The translations under genes were made by a program, and so were the position numbers. A stretch of DNA of 64,000 bases from Guptibacillus hwajinpoensis (GTDB lineage Bacteria; Bacillota; Bacilli; Bacillales; Bacillaceae_O). This document shows positions 1-8,752 of this stretch, piece after piece (position 1 is the first letter of the stretch; the number at the start of each line of letters is the position of its first letter). A model generated the notes under the pieces. It was not told the origin of the DNA and did not search any database. It worked only from the letters and a program-made list of their open reading frames with translations. Location of the stretch: the NCBI GenBank assembly GCA_016841765.1, contig JAENYN010000020.1, positions 3,655 through 67,654 on the forward strand, given 5' to 3'.

Positions 1-35
1 AAGAAGCTAAAATAAGCGAATTGCGGTGAATTTAC

Positions 36-1085
36 GTGAGCAGATCGAAACGGAAACTTGAGCATATCAAATATGCCCTTGAAACTAGAAACGATGGTTC
101 AGCAAGTTTTGAGGATATCCGTTTTGTACACCGCAGTCTCCCTGAATCTGACATGGATAAAATTGAATTACAGACAAATGTGGGCGAACTTACGTTAAGT
201 TCGCCCATTATTGTGAATGCGATGACAGGAGGCGGCGGCAACAAAACGGAAGACTTGAACGGGATGCTGGCCAGGACAGCAAGGCGGCATGGGCTGCCGA
301 TAGCGGTGGGATCGCAGATGTCTGCTTTGAAAGACCCCGACCAGATACAGACTTTTACAGTGGTCCGCCGGGAGAATCCTGACGGTATCGTTCTGGCGAA
401 TTTAGGCTGTGAAGCAACCTATGATCAGGCCATGCTTGCCGTTGAAATGCTGGAAGCCGATGCCCTGCAGCTGCACGCCAATACGGTGCAGGAGCTGGTA
501 ATGCCGGAAGGCGACCGAACCTTTTCAGGATGGATGGCTAACATTGAAAAAATCGTAAGGGACCTGCCTGTACCGGTGATCGTGAAAGAGGTCGGATTCG
601 GGATGGGGCTCGAAACTGTTACCGCCTTGAAAAATGCCGGTGTAACGATTGTTGATGTCGGCGGCAGCGGCGGAACGAACTTCGCCAGGGTTGAAAACAG
701 GCGCCGGACGGAACCGGTCCGTGCATTTGAGGACTGGGGCATCCCGACAACCGTTTCGGTTATCGAAGCAGGGACCGTGCCAGGACTCTGCATTGTCGGA
801 TCTGGCGGCATCTCCACCCCTTTACAGGCTGCCAAAGCGATTTCCCTTGGCGCTTCAGCAGCCGGTGTGGCCGGCCACTTTTTATCCGTTTTATTGCAAG
901 AGGGAGAAGCGGGCCTGAATAAGGCCGTCAAGCTGTTCCTGGAGGAATTCAAATTGATTATGGCCGCTCTTGGAACGGAAGACATCCAGTCACTGAAACA
1001 TGCGCCCGTTGTGATTCTCGGTGAGACAAGAGACTGGCTTAATGAGCGGGGCATTGATACCAGGCAGTTCAGCCTTCGCCCATAG
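36..1085 (+). CDS. fni: Type 2 (FMN-dependent) isopentenyl-diphosphate delta-isomerase
   Basis: 349-aa ORF, same length as B. subtilis Fni/YpgA. TIM-barrel FMN-enzyme motifs NAMTGG, VKEVGFG and GGSGGTNF are visible. GTG start. A strong hairpin lies immediately downstream. Confidence 0.9.
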   Translation: MSRSKRKLEHIKYALETRNDGSASFEDIRFVHRSLPESDMDKIELQTNVGELTLSSPIIVNAMTGGGGNKTEDLNGMLARTARRHGLPIAVGSQMSALKDPDQIQTFTVVRRENPDGIVLANLGCEATYDQAMLAVEMLEADALQLHANTVQELVMPEGDRTFSGWMANIEKIVRDLPVPVIVKEVGFGMGLETVTALKNAGVTIVDVGGSGGTNFARVENRRRTEPVRAFEDWGIPTTVSVIEAGTVPGLCIVGSGGISTPLQAAKAISLGASAAGVAGHFLSVLLQEGEAGLNKAVKLFLEEFKLIMAALGTEDIQSLKHAPVVILGETRDWLNERGIDTRQFSLRP

Positions 1086-1139
1086 CAGAAATAAAAAAAC
1101 GAATTCCGCTGTTTAGGGAATTCGTTTTTTTATTTCTGC
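1085..1139. terminator. Bidirectional intrinsic terminator (fni and the convergent small ORF)
   Basis: Long palindrome gcagaaataaaaaaacgaattcc...ggaattcgtttttttatttctgc, with an A-run 5' and a T-run 3' of the stem. Confidence 0.8.
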
Positions 1140-1312
1140 TGCGAGTTTTGAAGTATGAAAAATCCACGAACAATGCGCCGGTTTTTGTTTACTATCATAA
1201 TGGTTATGTAAACTTAAAATATGGTGATTGACCTGGTGCGGGAAGGGAGGCTCAAAATGCAAAGAAACTTTACATCATGAACCATCCTCAGTTTATGCAG
1301 ACTGGTTTCTAC

Positions 1313-1450
1313 TTATTGTTGGCCGTTGCGTGATCTTGCTTCCTCCGGGCTTTCCATTCTGGCTGCACCTTTATAGGATTGCTGCTGGTCCCTGTCTGAT
1401 TCTACACGGCGGGCTTTTTTTAATTTTTTCTCCTGGCGGTCATGTCCCAT
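1313..1450 (-). CDS. Small hydrophilic protein (45 aa), possibly spore-associated
   Basis: Not in the ORF track (<60 aa). Hand translation gives MGHDRQEKKLKKARRVESDRDQQQSYKGAARMESPEEARSRNGQQ*. AAAGGAGGTG lies 5 nt upstream of the ATG. Convergent with fni. Confidence 0.55.
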   Translation of the reverse strand: MGHDRQEKKLKKARRVESDRDQQQSYKGAARMESPEEARSRNGQQ

Positions 1451-1473
1451 TTCAACACCTCCTTTTTCACTTG

Positions 1474-1503
1474 TAGTTTCCTGTCGATTGGCGGATTTTA
1501 TGC
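1474..1503 (-). promoter_or_regulatory. Forespore-type (sigma-F/G-like) promoter candidate
   Basis: Minus strand reads GCATA-N18-GAAACTA, about 25 nt upstream of the SD of the 45-aa ORF. The -35 is exact but the -10 is only partial. Confidence 0.3.
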
Positions 1504-1575
1504 AAATTTGGCAATGGATAAGGGTTAAACTTTCATCATCTGGCCATAATGGAAACGAGAGGGGTGAGTTGGATA

Positions 1576-2178
1576 ATGGAAGGCATTTATTTCTACTGGT
1601 TGTTTTGGATGTTTTGGATTATATCGGCTTTTTTCATGAAACGGAGTGCATCAAGCTGGCGGATGAGTGCGGCAATCCTGTTTTTGATTGCTATAAGCGG
1701 AAACGATGTCAACATAATGGGAACCGGAATAAATGCAGCTGCGGCAATCCTGTTTTTGATTGCAATTGGGACGGTTGCTTTTTCACAGCAGGAACGCACG
1801 CGGCTTTTTGTGGCCGTGATGATTTCTGCTCTCTTTATGACAGCGATTCGCTTCCTGCAGCTTGTCGACCCGGCCATTATCATATTCAGCGAATCACTGC
1901 TTCCTGCAGCTGCAGGAAGCGTGGTTCCGTTCTTTTTCCTCCATTCACCTTTCAAGCGGATTTCTGCATTTGCGATTGCAGTTGCACAGGCCGAGTTCAT
2001 CTATATGCTCCACCTGGACCGGATCGGTTTGCCGTATAGCCCAGGCACACTTTCTTTCCTTGACCATGCGGCTATTGGCCTGGCAATCATAATCACATTG
2101 ACGATATTCGAAGCTGCGGCTGCCTTCTTAGAACACTCCATGCAAAAATACAATAGGCAAAGGCAGGGCAAATTATGA
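1576..2178 (+). CDS. Polytopic membrane protein, YphA-like
   Basis: Hydrophobic 200-aa product if started at ATG 1576 (SD gagaggggtga upstream). The track ORF starts at 1549. Position before the YIEGIA gene matches B. subtilis yphA. Confidence 0.7.
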   Translation: MEGIYFYWLFWMFWIISAFFMKRSASSWRMSAAILFLIAISGNDVNIMGTGINAAAAILFLIAIGTVAFSQQERTRLFVAVMISALFMTAIRFLQLVDPAIIIFSESLLPAAAGSVVPFFFLHSPFKRISAFAIAVAQAEFIYMLHLDRIGLPYSPGTLSFLDHAAIGLAIIITLTIFEAAAAFLEHSMQKYNRQRQGKL

Positions 2179-3071
2179 ATGAATATACTTATCCGATTTT
2201 ACTTGGCGTAATACTCGGAACTGCCACCAGAATTTATATGCTCAGGACTGATTATCGACAGTATCCTACATATCTGCATGGAAAAGTGATCCATGTAGCT
2301 CTTGGGTTCATTGCGGCAGGGCTTGGTACAGTTGCCGTCCCCGCCATTATGGAGCAGGAATTCACAGCCATCACGTTTTTGGCGCTGGCTGCAAGCCAGT
2401 TCCGCGAAGTGAGGAATATGGAGAGAAATACATTGACCGGACTTGATGGCTATGAGCTTGTCCCACGCGGTGAGGCTTATATTGAGGGGATTGCCATCGC
2501 GTTCGAAGGGCGCAACTATCTGGTCATTTTGATGTCGTTTCTTACAACGCTGTTTTATCTTGCCTTTAATGTTTGGGCGGCAATCGCTTCAGCCGCTATA
2601 AGCTTTTATGTTGCAAATAAATTGATGAGCGGAGGCAAGATGAGGGACATCGTTGATATTGAGCAGGCACCGATTTCGTTTCAGGGGGCGGGATTGCATG
2701 TGGATGACATTTATATTATGAACATCGGCCTGCCCGACCGCCAGCAGGAAATCCTTGAACATGGACTCGGTTTTATTATGAAACCTAAAAATTTCGATGT
2801 GCGGTCAACAATCGCCAATCTCGGACAGCGCCAGGCGATCCTGCATGATATCTCGGTTTCCCTCGGGGTTTACAGGGATTCAGGGACACCGGCCCTTGTA
2901 CCGTTGATCAAACGCGATCTGGATGATGGAAGGATTGGCATTTTCATCCTGCCGCAGGCCAAAGATGTGGAAAAGGCCCTCAGCATCCTTGGAGCTGTGC
3001 CGATTCTTGAAAATGCAATCCGGATGCCTACTGAGTCAAAAGCGAACAAAAAGGGGCGTAGCCTGAAGTGA
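2175..3071 (+). CDS. YIEGIA-family protein (YphB/SeaA-like, sporulation-associated)
   Basis: The literal YIEGIA motif is at residues 102-107 (nt 2478-2495). N-terminal TM segments are present. The ATG overlaps the yphA-like stop (ATGA). Confidence 0.85.
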   Translation: MNEYTYPILLGVILGTATRIYMLRTDYRQYPTYLHGKVIHVALGFIAAGLGTVAVPAIMEQEFTAITFLALAASQFREVRNMERNTLTGLDGYELVPRGEAYIEGIAIAFEGRNYLVILMSFLTTLFYLAFNVWAAIASAAISFYVANKLMSGGKMRDIVDIEQAPISFQGAGLHVDDIYIMNIGLPDRQQEILEHGLGFIMKPKNFDVRSTIANLGQRQAILHDISVSLGVYRDSGTPALVPLIKRDLDDGRIGIFILPQAKDVEKALSILGAVPILENAIRMPTESKANKKGRSLK

Positions 3072-3253
3072 ATATCGAAAAGTATATTTTAGCCGTCATC
3101 ACAACCAATCCGGACAAAGTATCCGGCGGCACGGCCTCATTTATCTGTGAATCAAAAGAAGAGATGGAATTTGTGGCGGGCAACCTGGAAGCGATCCTAG
3201 ATGGAATCGCTCATGGCCTTGGCGAGGAAATGTACATTATCGTTAAGCATTGA
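3068..3253 (+). CDS. Small acidic partner protein of the YIEGIA gene (61 aa)
   Basis: The GTG start overlaps the YIEGIA stop (GTGA), which suggests translational coupling. A terminator follows. I recall a conserved small ORF at this position in Bacillaceae. Confidence 0.6.
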   Translation: MNIEKYILAVITTNPDKVSGGTASFICESKEEMEFVAGNLEAILDGIAHGLGEEMYIIVKH

Positions 3254-3304
3254 TGATGGAAATTGTGCCGGTGGCTTTTTTCTGTTATGATAATTTGGAT
3301 GTGA

Positions 3305-3340
3305 ATCCCTTCTTGGCAAAGAAGGGTTTTCTGTGCTTTT
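3305..3340 (+). terminator. Intrinsic terminator of the yphA-YIEGIA-small ORF unit
   Basis: Stem cccttctt/aagaaggg with loop ggca, followed by a T-rich tract. Confidence 0.75.
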
Positions 3341-3405
3341 AAAGAAAGTTTATTCGGGAATAGTTTCGTAAACCATCCGAATACATAGTGAAAGGAATGG
3401 TCTAG

Positions 3406-4716
3406 ATGCCAAATCCAGTTGTAGCCATTGTCGGAAGACCTAATGTGGGAAAATCGACCATTTTCAACAGAGTAGTGGGCGAACGGATTTCCATTGTGGA
3501 AGACATACCGGGCGTTACCCGTGACCGCATATACAGTAAAGCCGAATGGCTGAACAGAGAATTCAATTTGATTGATACAGGCGGCATTGAAATCAGCGAT
3601 GAACCGCTTCTCGTACAGATGCGCCAGCAGGCAGACGTTGCGATAAAGGAAGCGGATGTCATCATCTTCATGGTGAATGGGCGTGAAGGGATCACAGCTG
3701 CCGATGAGGAAGTGGCAGCCCTGTTGTTTAAATCGGAGAAGCCTGTCGTCCTTGCTGTAAATAAAATGGATAATCCTGAAATGCGGGCTGAAGTATATGA
3801 GTTTTACTCACTTGGATTCGGGGAGCCTTATCCGATTTCAGGGTCACACGGCACCGGTCTCGGCGACCTGCTCGATGCCGTCTTATCCCATTTTCCCGAA
3901 GAAGAACAGGATGAGCTTGATGAACATATCACCAAGTTTTCGCTGATCGGGCGCCCGAATGTCGGCAAATCCTCACTCGTCAATGCCATTTTAGGTGAAG
4001 AACGGGTCATCGTCAGCAGCATACCGGGGACAACCCGTGATGCAATTGATACGACTTTTGAAAAAGAAGGCAATGAATATCTCATTATTGATACCGCCGG
4101 CATGCGAAAGCGCGGCAAGGTGTATGAAAGCACTGAAAAGTACAGTGTATTGCGAGCTTTGAAAGCAATTGAGCGTTCTGATGTCGTGCTCGTTGTCATC
4201 GACGGGGAAGAAGGGATTATCGAACAGGATAAAAAGATTGCAGGTTACGCCCATGAAGCCGGCCGCGCTGTCGTCATTGTCGTGAACAAATGGGACGCAG
4301 TCGAGAAGGACGATAAAACGATGCGGAATTTCGAGCAAAAAATCCGCGATCATTTCCAATTTCTTGATTACGCTCCAATCGTATTTCTGTCAGCAAAAAC
4401 GAAAAAACGGGTACAGACCCTGCTGCCGATGATCGATTTAGCCGCAGAGAACCATGCACTTCGCGTCCAGACAAACATACTGAACGAAGTGGTCATGGAT
4501 GCGGTGGCCATGAATCCGACCCCTACTGAAAACGGCAGAAGGCTGAAAATTTATTACAGTACCCAGGTATCTGTTAAGCCGCCGTCGTTTGTCGTGTTTG
4601 TGAATGATCCCGAACTTATGCATTTTTCCTACCGGCGCTTCCTGGAAAACAGGATCCGGGATGCATTCGGTTTTATCGGCACGCCGATCAAAATTTTTGC
4701 ACGGGCAAGAAAATAA
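3406..4716 (+). CDS. der: Ribosome-associated GTPase Der (EngA)
   Basis: 436 aa with two tandem G-domains. The P-loop GRPNVGKS occurs twice, plus DTGG/DTAG and NKxD motifs and a C-terminal KH-like domain. Confidence 0.97.
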   Translation: MPNPVVAIVGRPNVGKSTIFNRVVGERISIVEDIPGVTRDRIYSKAEWLNREFNLIDTGGIEISDEPLLVQMRQQADVAIKEADVIIFMVNGREGITAADEEVAALLFKSEKPVVLAVNKMDNPEMRAEVYEFYSLGFGEPYPISGSHGTGLGDLLDAVLSHFPEEEQDELDEHITKFSLIGRPNVGKSSLVNAILGEERVIVSSIPGTTRDAIDTTFEKEGNEYLIIDTAGMRKRGKVYESTEKYSVLRALKAIERSDVVLVVIDGEEGIIEQDKKIAGYAHEAGRAVVIVVNKWDAVEKDDKTMRNFEQKIRDHFQFLDYAPIVFLSAKTKKRVQTLLPMIDLAAENHALRVQTNILNEVVMDAVAMNPTPTENGRRLKIYYSTQVSVKPPSFVVFVNDPELMHFSYRRFLENRIRDAFGFIGTPIKIFARARK

Positions 4717-4738
4717 TTAAGATTGGGGAGTGGTGAAA

Positions 4739-5776
4739 TTGGAAAAAGCTGCGTTACTCGGAGCAGGAAGCTGGGGTACTGCTCTTGCTATGGTGCTGGC
4801 AGATAACGGCCATGATGTAAGGCTTTGGTCTCACCGCAGTGAACAAGTCCAGGAAATAAACGAAAATCACACCAATAAAAAATATTTGCCGGAGGTAAAA
4901 TTGCCTGAAAATATTAAGGCGTTTGAAGGCATGAAAGAAGCGGTCAAGGACGCTGAATATATTATCCTCGCCGTCCCTACAAAAGCGATGCGGGAAGTAG
5001 TCGGCCAATTGAAAAATACGCTCGACGGTCCTAAAACAATTGTACATGTAAGCAAAGGCATCGAACCGGGTACGTTTCTCAGGGTTTCTGAGATTATTGA
5101 ACAGGAGTTGCCGGAAAAGCTGCGATCCGGAGTGGTCGTTCTGTCCGGGCCAAGCCACGCCGAGGAAGTGAGCCTCAGGCAGCCGACGACGGTAACTGTT
5201 TCTTCGAAAGATTTGAAAGAAGCCGAAAAAGTCCAGGACTTATTCATCAACCAGCATTTTCGGGTGTATACAAACCCGGACATCATCGGGGTTGAAATCG
5301 GCGGTGCCTTGAAAAATATCATCGCGCTTGGCGCGGGCATATCAGATGGTCTCGGTTATGGGGATAATGCAAAAGCGGCACTCATCACAAGGGGACTGGC
5401 AGAAATCGCCCGCCTCGGAACCAAATTGGGTGCAAATCCGATCACGTTTTCCGGACTCGCGGGAATCGGCGATTTGATTGTAACCGGAACGAGCCAGCAC
5501 AGCCGCAATTGGCGGGCTGGAAATCAAATCGGGAAAGGAAAATCCCTTGATGAAGTGCTCGCCGGCATGGGAATGGTCGTGGAAGGCGTCCGGACGACAC
5601 AGGCGGCCCATCAGATGGCTCAGGAATATGATGTGAAAATGCCGATAACGGATGCGCTCTACCACGTGCTGTTCGATGCAATGGATCCGAAAGAAGCGGT
5701 CGATGGATTGATGACGCGGATGCGCACCCACGAAATGGAGGACTTATCGGCACTGTACGGCGATAGAATAAAGTAA
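4739..5776 (+). CDS. gpsA: NAD(P)H-dependent glycerol-3-phosphate dehydrogenase
   Basis: GAGSWGTA dinucleotide fold and near-colinear similarity to B. subtilis GpsA. TTG 4739 gives 345 aa with SD ggggag 8 nt upstream. The track ORF starts at 4730. Confidence 0.95.
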   Translation: MEKAALLGAGSWGTALAMVLADNGHDVRLWSHRSEQVQEINENHTNKKYLPEVKLPENIKAFEGMKEAVKDAEYIILAVPTKAMREVVGQLKNTLDGPKTIVHVSKGIEPGTFLRVSEIIEQELPEKLRSGVVVLSGPSHAEEVSLRQPTTVTVSSKDLKEAEKVQDLFINQHFRVYTNPDIIGVEIGGALKNIIALGAGISDGLGYGDNAKAALITRGLAEIARLGTKLGANPITFSGLAGIGDLIVTGTSQHSRNWRAGNQIGKGKSLDEVLAGMGMVVEGVRTTQAAHQMAQEYDVKMPITDALYHVLFDAMDPKEAVDGLMTRMRTHEMEDLSALYGDRIK

Positions 5777-5792
5777 GGATCTGGGTGTATTC

Positions 5793-5820
5793 ACCAAATC
5801 TGCCGCCCGTTCATACACTA
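5793..5820 (+). promoter_or_regulatory. Sigma-K-type promoter candidate
   Basis: AC-N17-CATACACTA matches AC / CATAnnnTA, about 35 nt upstream of the spoVIF-like start. Confidence 0.35.
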
Positions 5821-5854
5821 CCTTTGAACATTACAAAGAGGAGGACGTTGGACG

Positions 5855-6139
5855 GTGCAGCAGAATAACGGAAATTTCTTCGATTTTATTGAAAAAAAGA
5901 CAAAGGTGAAACAACAGGACATTTTTCAAATTGCAGACTCTGTAAAAAATGCGGATTTCAATGACGACCAAACGATTCGCCAGCTTGTTCGCCAGCTTTC
6001 AGCACTGACAGGAACGCCGGTAACAAAAGAAAAGGAAGATCAAATCGTCAAAGCAGTAACGAAAAAAAACATGCCCCTGAACTTTGGCTCGCTAAGCCAA
6101 ATGGTAAATCAGGATAACAATGATAATAAAATGGGCTAA
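5855..6139 (+). CDS. Stage VI sporulation protein F-like
   Basis: 94 aa. FFDFIEKKTKVKQQDIFQIADSVKNADFNDDQTIRQLV aligns with my memory of B. subtilis SpoVIF (YjcC). SD aagaggagga, GTG start. Confidence 0.75.
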   Translation: MQQNNGNFFDFIEKKTKVKQQDIFQIADSVKNADFNDDQTIRQLVRQLSALTGTPVTKEKEDQIVKAVTKKNMPLNFGSLSQMVNQDNNDNKMG

Positions 6140-6218
6140 TGAAGAGGCAAACAGAAAAGGAATGCATAAGTTAGAGTGAAAGGCTACGAATATCAAGGGA
6201 ATAGTTGTTAGTCAATCA

Positions 6219-6256
6219 GACTGAAGGAAGACCGCCCTCTTTCTTCAGTCTTTTTC
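6219..6256 (+). terminator. Intrinsic terminator after the spoVIF-like gene
   Basis: 12-bp stem gactgaaggaag/ctttcttcagtc (1 mismatch) followed by TTTTT. Confidence 0.8.
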
Positions 6257-6614
6257 TTGTCTATCAAAAAGATAGGTGATTTCACTCATATGATATCAAA
6301 CTGCGTCTGGGCAATCGCTGCCCTGTCATGTGGTCAAAAAACTATGCTAACCCATCATGTCTTTGAGGCCTGGACGTCAGTCACCAGAACTGTTTGCAAG
6401 CTTTCTATGTTTGTTCCATGTTTTCCAAATGCGGGTTGAAATAGCCTTAAACCGCGTGAAGTCCCGACTTGATGCCGATGAAAACCGGACAGAACCGCCC
6501 TTTTTCCGAATGTACAGTCCCCCATCTGCCACCCAATCACATAAGTGCGTTTTCCGGCGGACGCTCCCCGGCTTTTTTGCTGCCATCTTACAAGGCTGCT
6601 TGCGCATTTCGTTT

Positions 6615-6643
6615 TTCCCGCACAGAAAAAAGTGTGCTATAAT
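6615..6643 (+). promoter_or_regulatory. Extended -10 sigma-A promoter candidate for the yphE-like and yphF genes
   Basis: TGcTATAAT at 6635-6643. The -35 (ttcccg) at 17-bp spacing is weak. Confidence 0.45.
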
Positions 6644-6687
6644 TTAACCCGTACTTTAGGGATGTGTGGGATGAAAGGAAGAGATGA

Positions 6688-6888
6688 ATGTCTATTGCAT
6701 TGTTGAAGATGTGGTTTTCGCTCGGTGCGATTTTCGCCATGTTCATTTCGGTTGTGCTGATCATGTTCAGCAGGGCCAAACTAAAAGGGGTTTTCCGTTT
6801 TATTGTATCTTTTATAGCTTATGTGCTGGTCTTTTTAGCTGGTGTCGTCATGATCTTTGTCGTCTTCAGCGGGCCGGTGCCCGAATAG
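6688..6888 (+). CDS. Small two-TM membrane protein (YphE-like)
   Basis: 66 aa, very hydrophobic. SD aaaggaag upstream. Position before yphF matches B. subtilis. Confidence 0.65.
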   Translation: MSIALLKMWFSLGAIFAMFISVVLIMFSRAKLKGVFRFIVSFIAYVLVFLAGVVMIFVVFSGPVPE

Positions 6889-6900
6889 AAGGATGGTAAC

Positions 6901-7644
6901 ATGAAGAAATTTACGATTATACTCATAATGTTTATGTCAATAGGTGTATTGAGCGGCTGCCTCTATCCCGAAAAGGAACGGGCCGGAAACAGGGTTCCGT
7001 ATGAGGACCAGCTCGCATCGGTACAGACCGCGGTGGATCAATACAGGAAAGCGGAAAACGGCCTTCTGCCGATCAAAACAAGGGATATGAGCACTCCGAT
7101 ATATCGGAAGTATCCGATTGATTTCAACAAGCTGATTCCTGCCTACATGCAGGACGCACCCGGGAATTCATTTGAAAGCGGCGGAATATATCAATACGTG
7201 TTGATAAACGTTGAGACTGAGCCCGAAGTGAAGCTCATTGATTTGCAAATCGCCGAGTATATTCGGGAGCTAAAGGTCAATCTGAATTTGTACAGGCAAA
7301 AGCATGGCTATCCGCCGTACAAAGAGGTTCTTGCCAATGGACGATATTCGCTTGATTATGAAAAACTGGGCTACAGCAGCCCCCCGAAAGTGCCAAGCCC
7401 ATATTCGGACAGCTTCCTGCCGCTGATTGTTGATAACAAGGGCGAAGTCTTCGTTGATTATCGGATAGACCTGAACAGGAAACTTCAGTCAGGGGATTAC
7501 GATTTCAAATATGGAGACGACATCAGGAGTATTCTTGTGGAAGAAAGCCCGTTTGTCCCCGCTTTTTCGGTGCCATACACCATTAAAGACGGGGAGCCGG
7601 TTTTTCTGACAGAAGATACCGACGGCGCTGGCAAGCAAAAGTGA
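6901..7644 (+). CDS. Lipoprotein YphF-like
   Basis: Signal peptide with lipobox LSGC (MKKFTIILIMFMSIGVLSGC). 247 aa. Syntenic with B. subtilis yphF. Confidence 0.8.
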   Translation: MKKFTIILIMFMSIGVLSGCLYPEKERAGNRVPYEDQLASVQTAVDQYRKAENGLLPIKTRDMSTPIYRKYPIDFNKLIPAYMQDAPGNSFESGGIYQYVLINVETEPEVKLIDLQIAEYIRELKVNLNLYRQKHGYPPYKEVLANGRYSLDYEKLGYSSPPKVPSPYSDSFLPLIVDNKGEVFVDYRIDLNRKLQSGDYDFKYGDDIRSILVEESPFVPAFSVPYTIKDGEPVFLTEDTDGAGKQK

Positions 7645-7816
7645 GGGAACCCTTCATCCGGTTTGGGAGCATGATGTAGTGAATCGGAGAATAAGCAATT
7701 AATAGAGCACAATGAGTGATGCCCGGTTATTGCGTTAAAAACATGATAGTTACCTCAAAAGACGGCAGGAAAGATAACTAACGGGATCGGAAAAACTTAA
7801 TTGGTGTATCAATTTT

Positions 7817-7856
7817 AGGTTCAAATCGCATATGATTTGGACCTTTTGTTTTTGTT
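7817..7856 (+). terminator. Intrinsic terminator-like hairpin
   Basis: Stem aggttcaaatc/gatttggacct (1 mismatch), 6-nt loop, then tttgtttttgtt. It lies 170 nt after yphF. Confidence 0.6.
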
Positions 7857-8123
7857 GATTTGATATGGCTTTTTCGTAATTCATGTATAAATTAGCACAT
7901 AAATCAGCGTACTAATTAACAGATTGACAATAGCTAATGTCATATGTTCGAAAAATAAGTATGTTAAAATTTGTTCCAAAAATAGTGCCGAAAATGATAT
8001 CAAATATAGAGATGAAACAAGATAGGGAGGGCTTACAAAATTAAAAATTTAATAAAAAAGCTATTTTTTAGCGGTTCGGAAAAGTTCAGCCAAAGTCTTG
8101 GATACTCTAATTGGAATGAGTTA

Positions 8124-8396
8124 ATGGACAACTCTTTTCACATATTCTTTATCCCTCCTGATGCAGAATGGTTTGCTACCCATTTACCGAATAAAAATTG
8201 GGTAGTATGGAATGATGAAGGGCAACCTCCTTTTGAATATAAAGAGTTTGTAAAATGGGAAGGAGCTATAAGGTTTTTAAGAGATATTTTTGAAAAGAAT
8301 GGCTATCCAGAGGAAAATTGGGAACCAGAAGGTTTTGAACAAAATCACGACTGTTATTCTCAAGAGCCTGACAAAAATAAACGTATAGATGATTAA
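8124..8396 (+). CDS. Orphan hypothetical protein (90 aa) in an AT-rich islet
   Basis: The ORF is much more AT-rich than its neighbours and has a Trp- and acid-rich, globular-looking sequence. The SD is weak (ggaatgag). I recognise no family. Confidence 0.4.
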   Translation: MDNSFHIFFIPPDAEWFATHLPNKNWVVWNDEGQPPFEYKEFVKWEGAIRFLRDIFEKNGYPEENWEPEGFEQNHDCYSQEPDKNKRIDD

Positions 8397-8490
8397 AAAG
8401 GCTTCTTTTTATTTTGTATAGGAAAATAAAAAAGGCATCTAAATGATCCGAAAGGGCGGGGGCGTTGGGTCCTGCCTTCCTGATATTGGG

Positions 8491-8752
8491 GACATATTTA
8501 GCTATTCGTGCCGAAACAGGCATTCGCATCAGCCGGAAGGGAACGAATAGAGTTATGCGTGCCCGAAAAAGCCTTTGCATCATCAAACAGGTAACGAATG
8601 GAGTTATGCGTGCCCGACACGGCCAGCGCACCGTCAAACAGGTAACGAATGGGAGTTATGCGTGGCCGAAAAAACCTGCGCACCACCAAAAAAGTAACGA
8701 ATAGAGTTATGAGCCCCCCAAAAAAGCCCGCGTATCATCAAAAAGTCACGAT
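8491..8752. repeat. Tandem array, about 5 units of 51-52 bp
   Basis: Unit starts (aacgaat) fall at 8542, 8593, 8644 and 8696, with a degenerate unit from about 8491. Consensus aacgaatRgagttatgcgtgcccgaaaaaGCc...catcaaacaggt. Confidence 0.85.

Noticed and set aside
1228-2039. Plus-strand ORFs 1228-1476 (82 aa) and 1488-2039 (183 aa)
   Set aside because: The first is antisense to the SD-equipped 45-aa ORF and has no SD. The second is an out-of-frame Cys-rich shadow of the yphA-like membrane gene.
3263-3291. Promoter-like TTGTGC-17-(TG)TATGAT upstream of der
   Set aside because: It lies upstream of the terminator hairpin (3305-3340), so transcripts would stop before der. It is probably a fortuitous match.
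6256-6687. RNase P RNA, tmRNA, 6S RNA or a protein gene in the ORF-less gap
   Set aside because: Hallmarks are absent: no GAGGAAAGTCC, no tmRNA tag or acceptor features, and I could not find long end-to-end pairing for 6S. The four short ORFs lack an SD and any family resemblance. The region is kept as an open finding, not as a called feature.
7817-7830. tRNA-like T-loop (GGTTCAAATC)
   Set aside because: The flanks cannot form a T-stem or acceptor stem. The sequence is the 5' arm of a terminator hairpin.
7881-7943. 20-aa hydrophobic minus-strand ORF (MTLAIVNLLISTLIYVLIYT) in the AT-rich islet, considered as a type I toxin
   Set aside because: It has no Shine-Dalgarno sequence and no terminator. 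Such ORFs arise easily by chance in AT-rich DNA.
8491-8752. CRISPR array (also considered for 11184-11562 and 63843-64000)
   Set aside because: The segments between conserved cores are themselves repeated (51-bp arrays), or the units are far too short (21 bp). There are no unique spacers, cas genes or leader.
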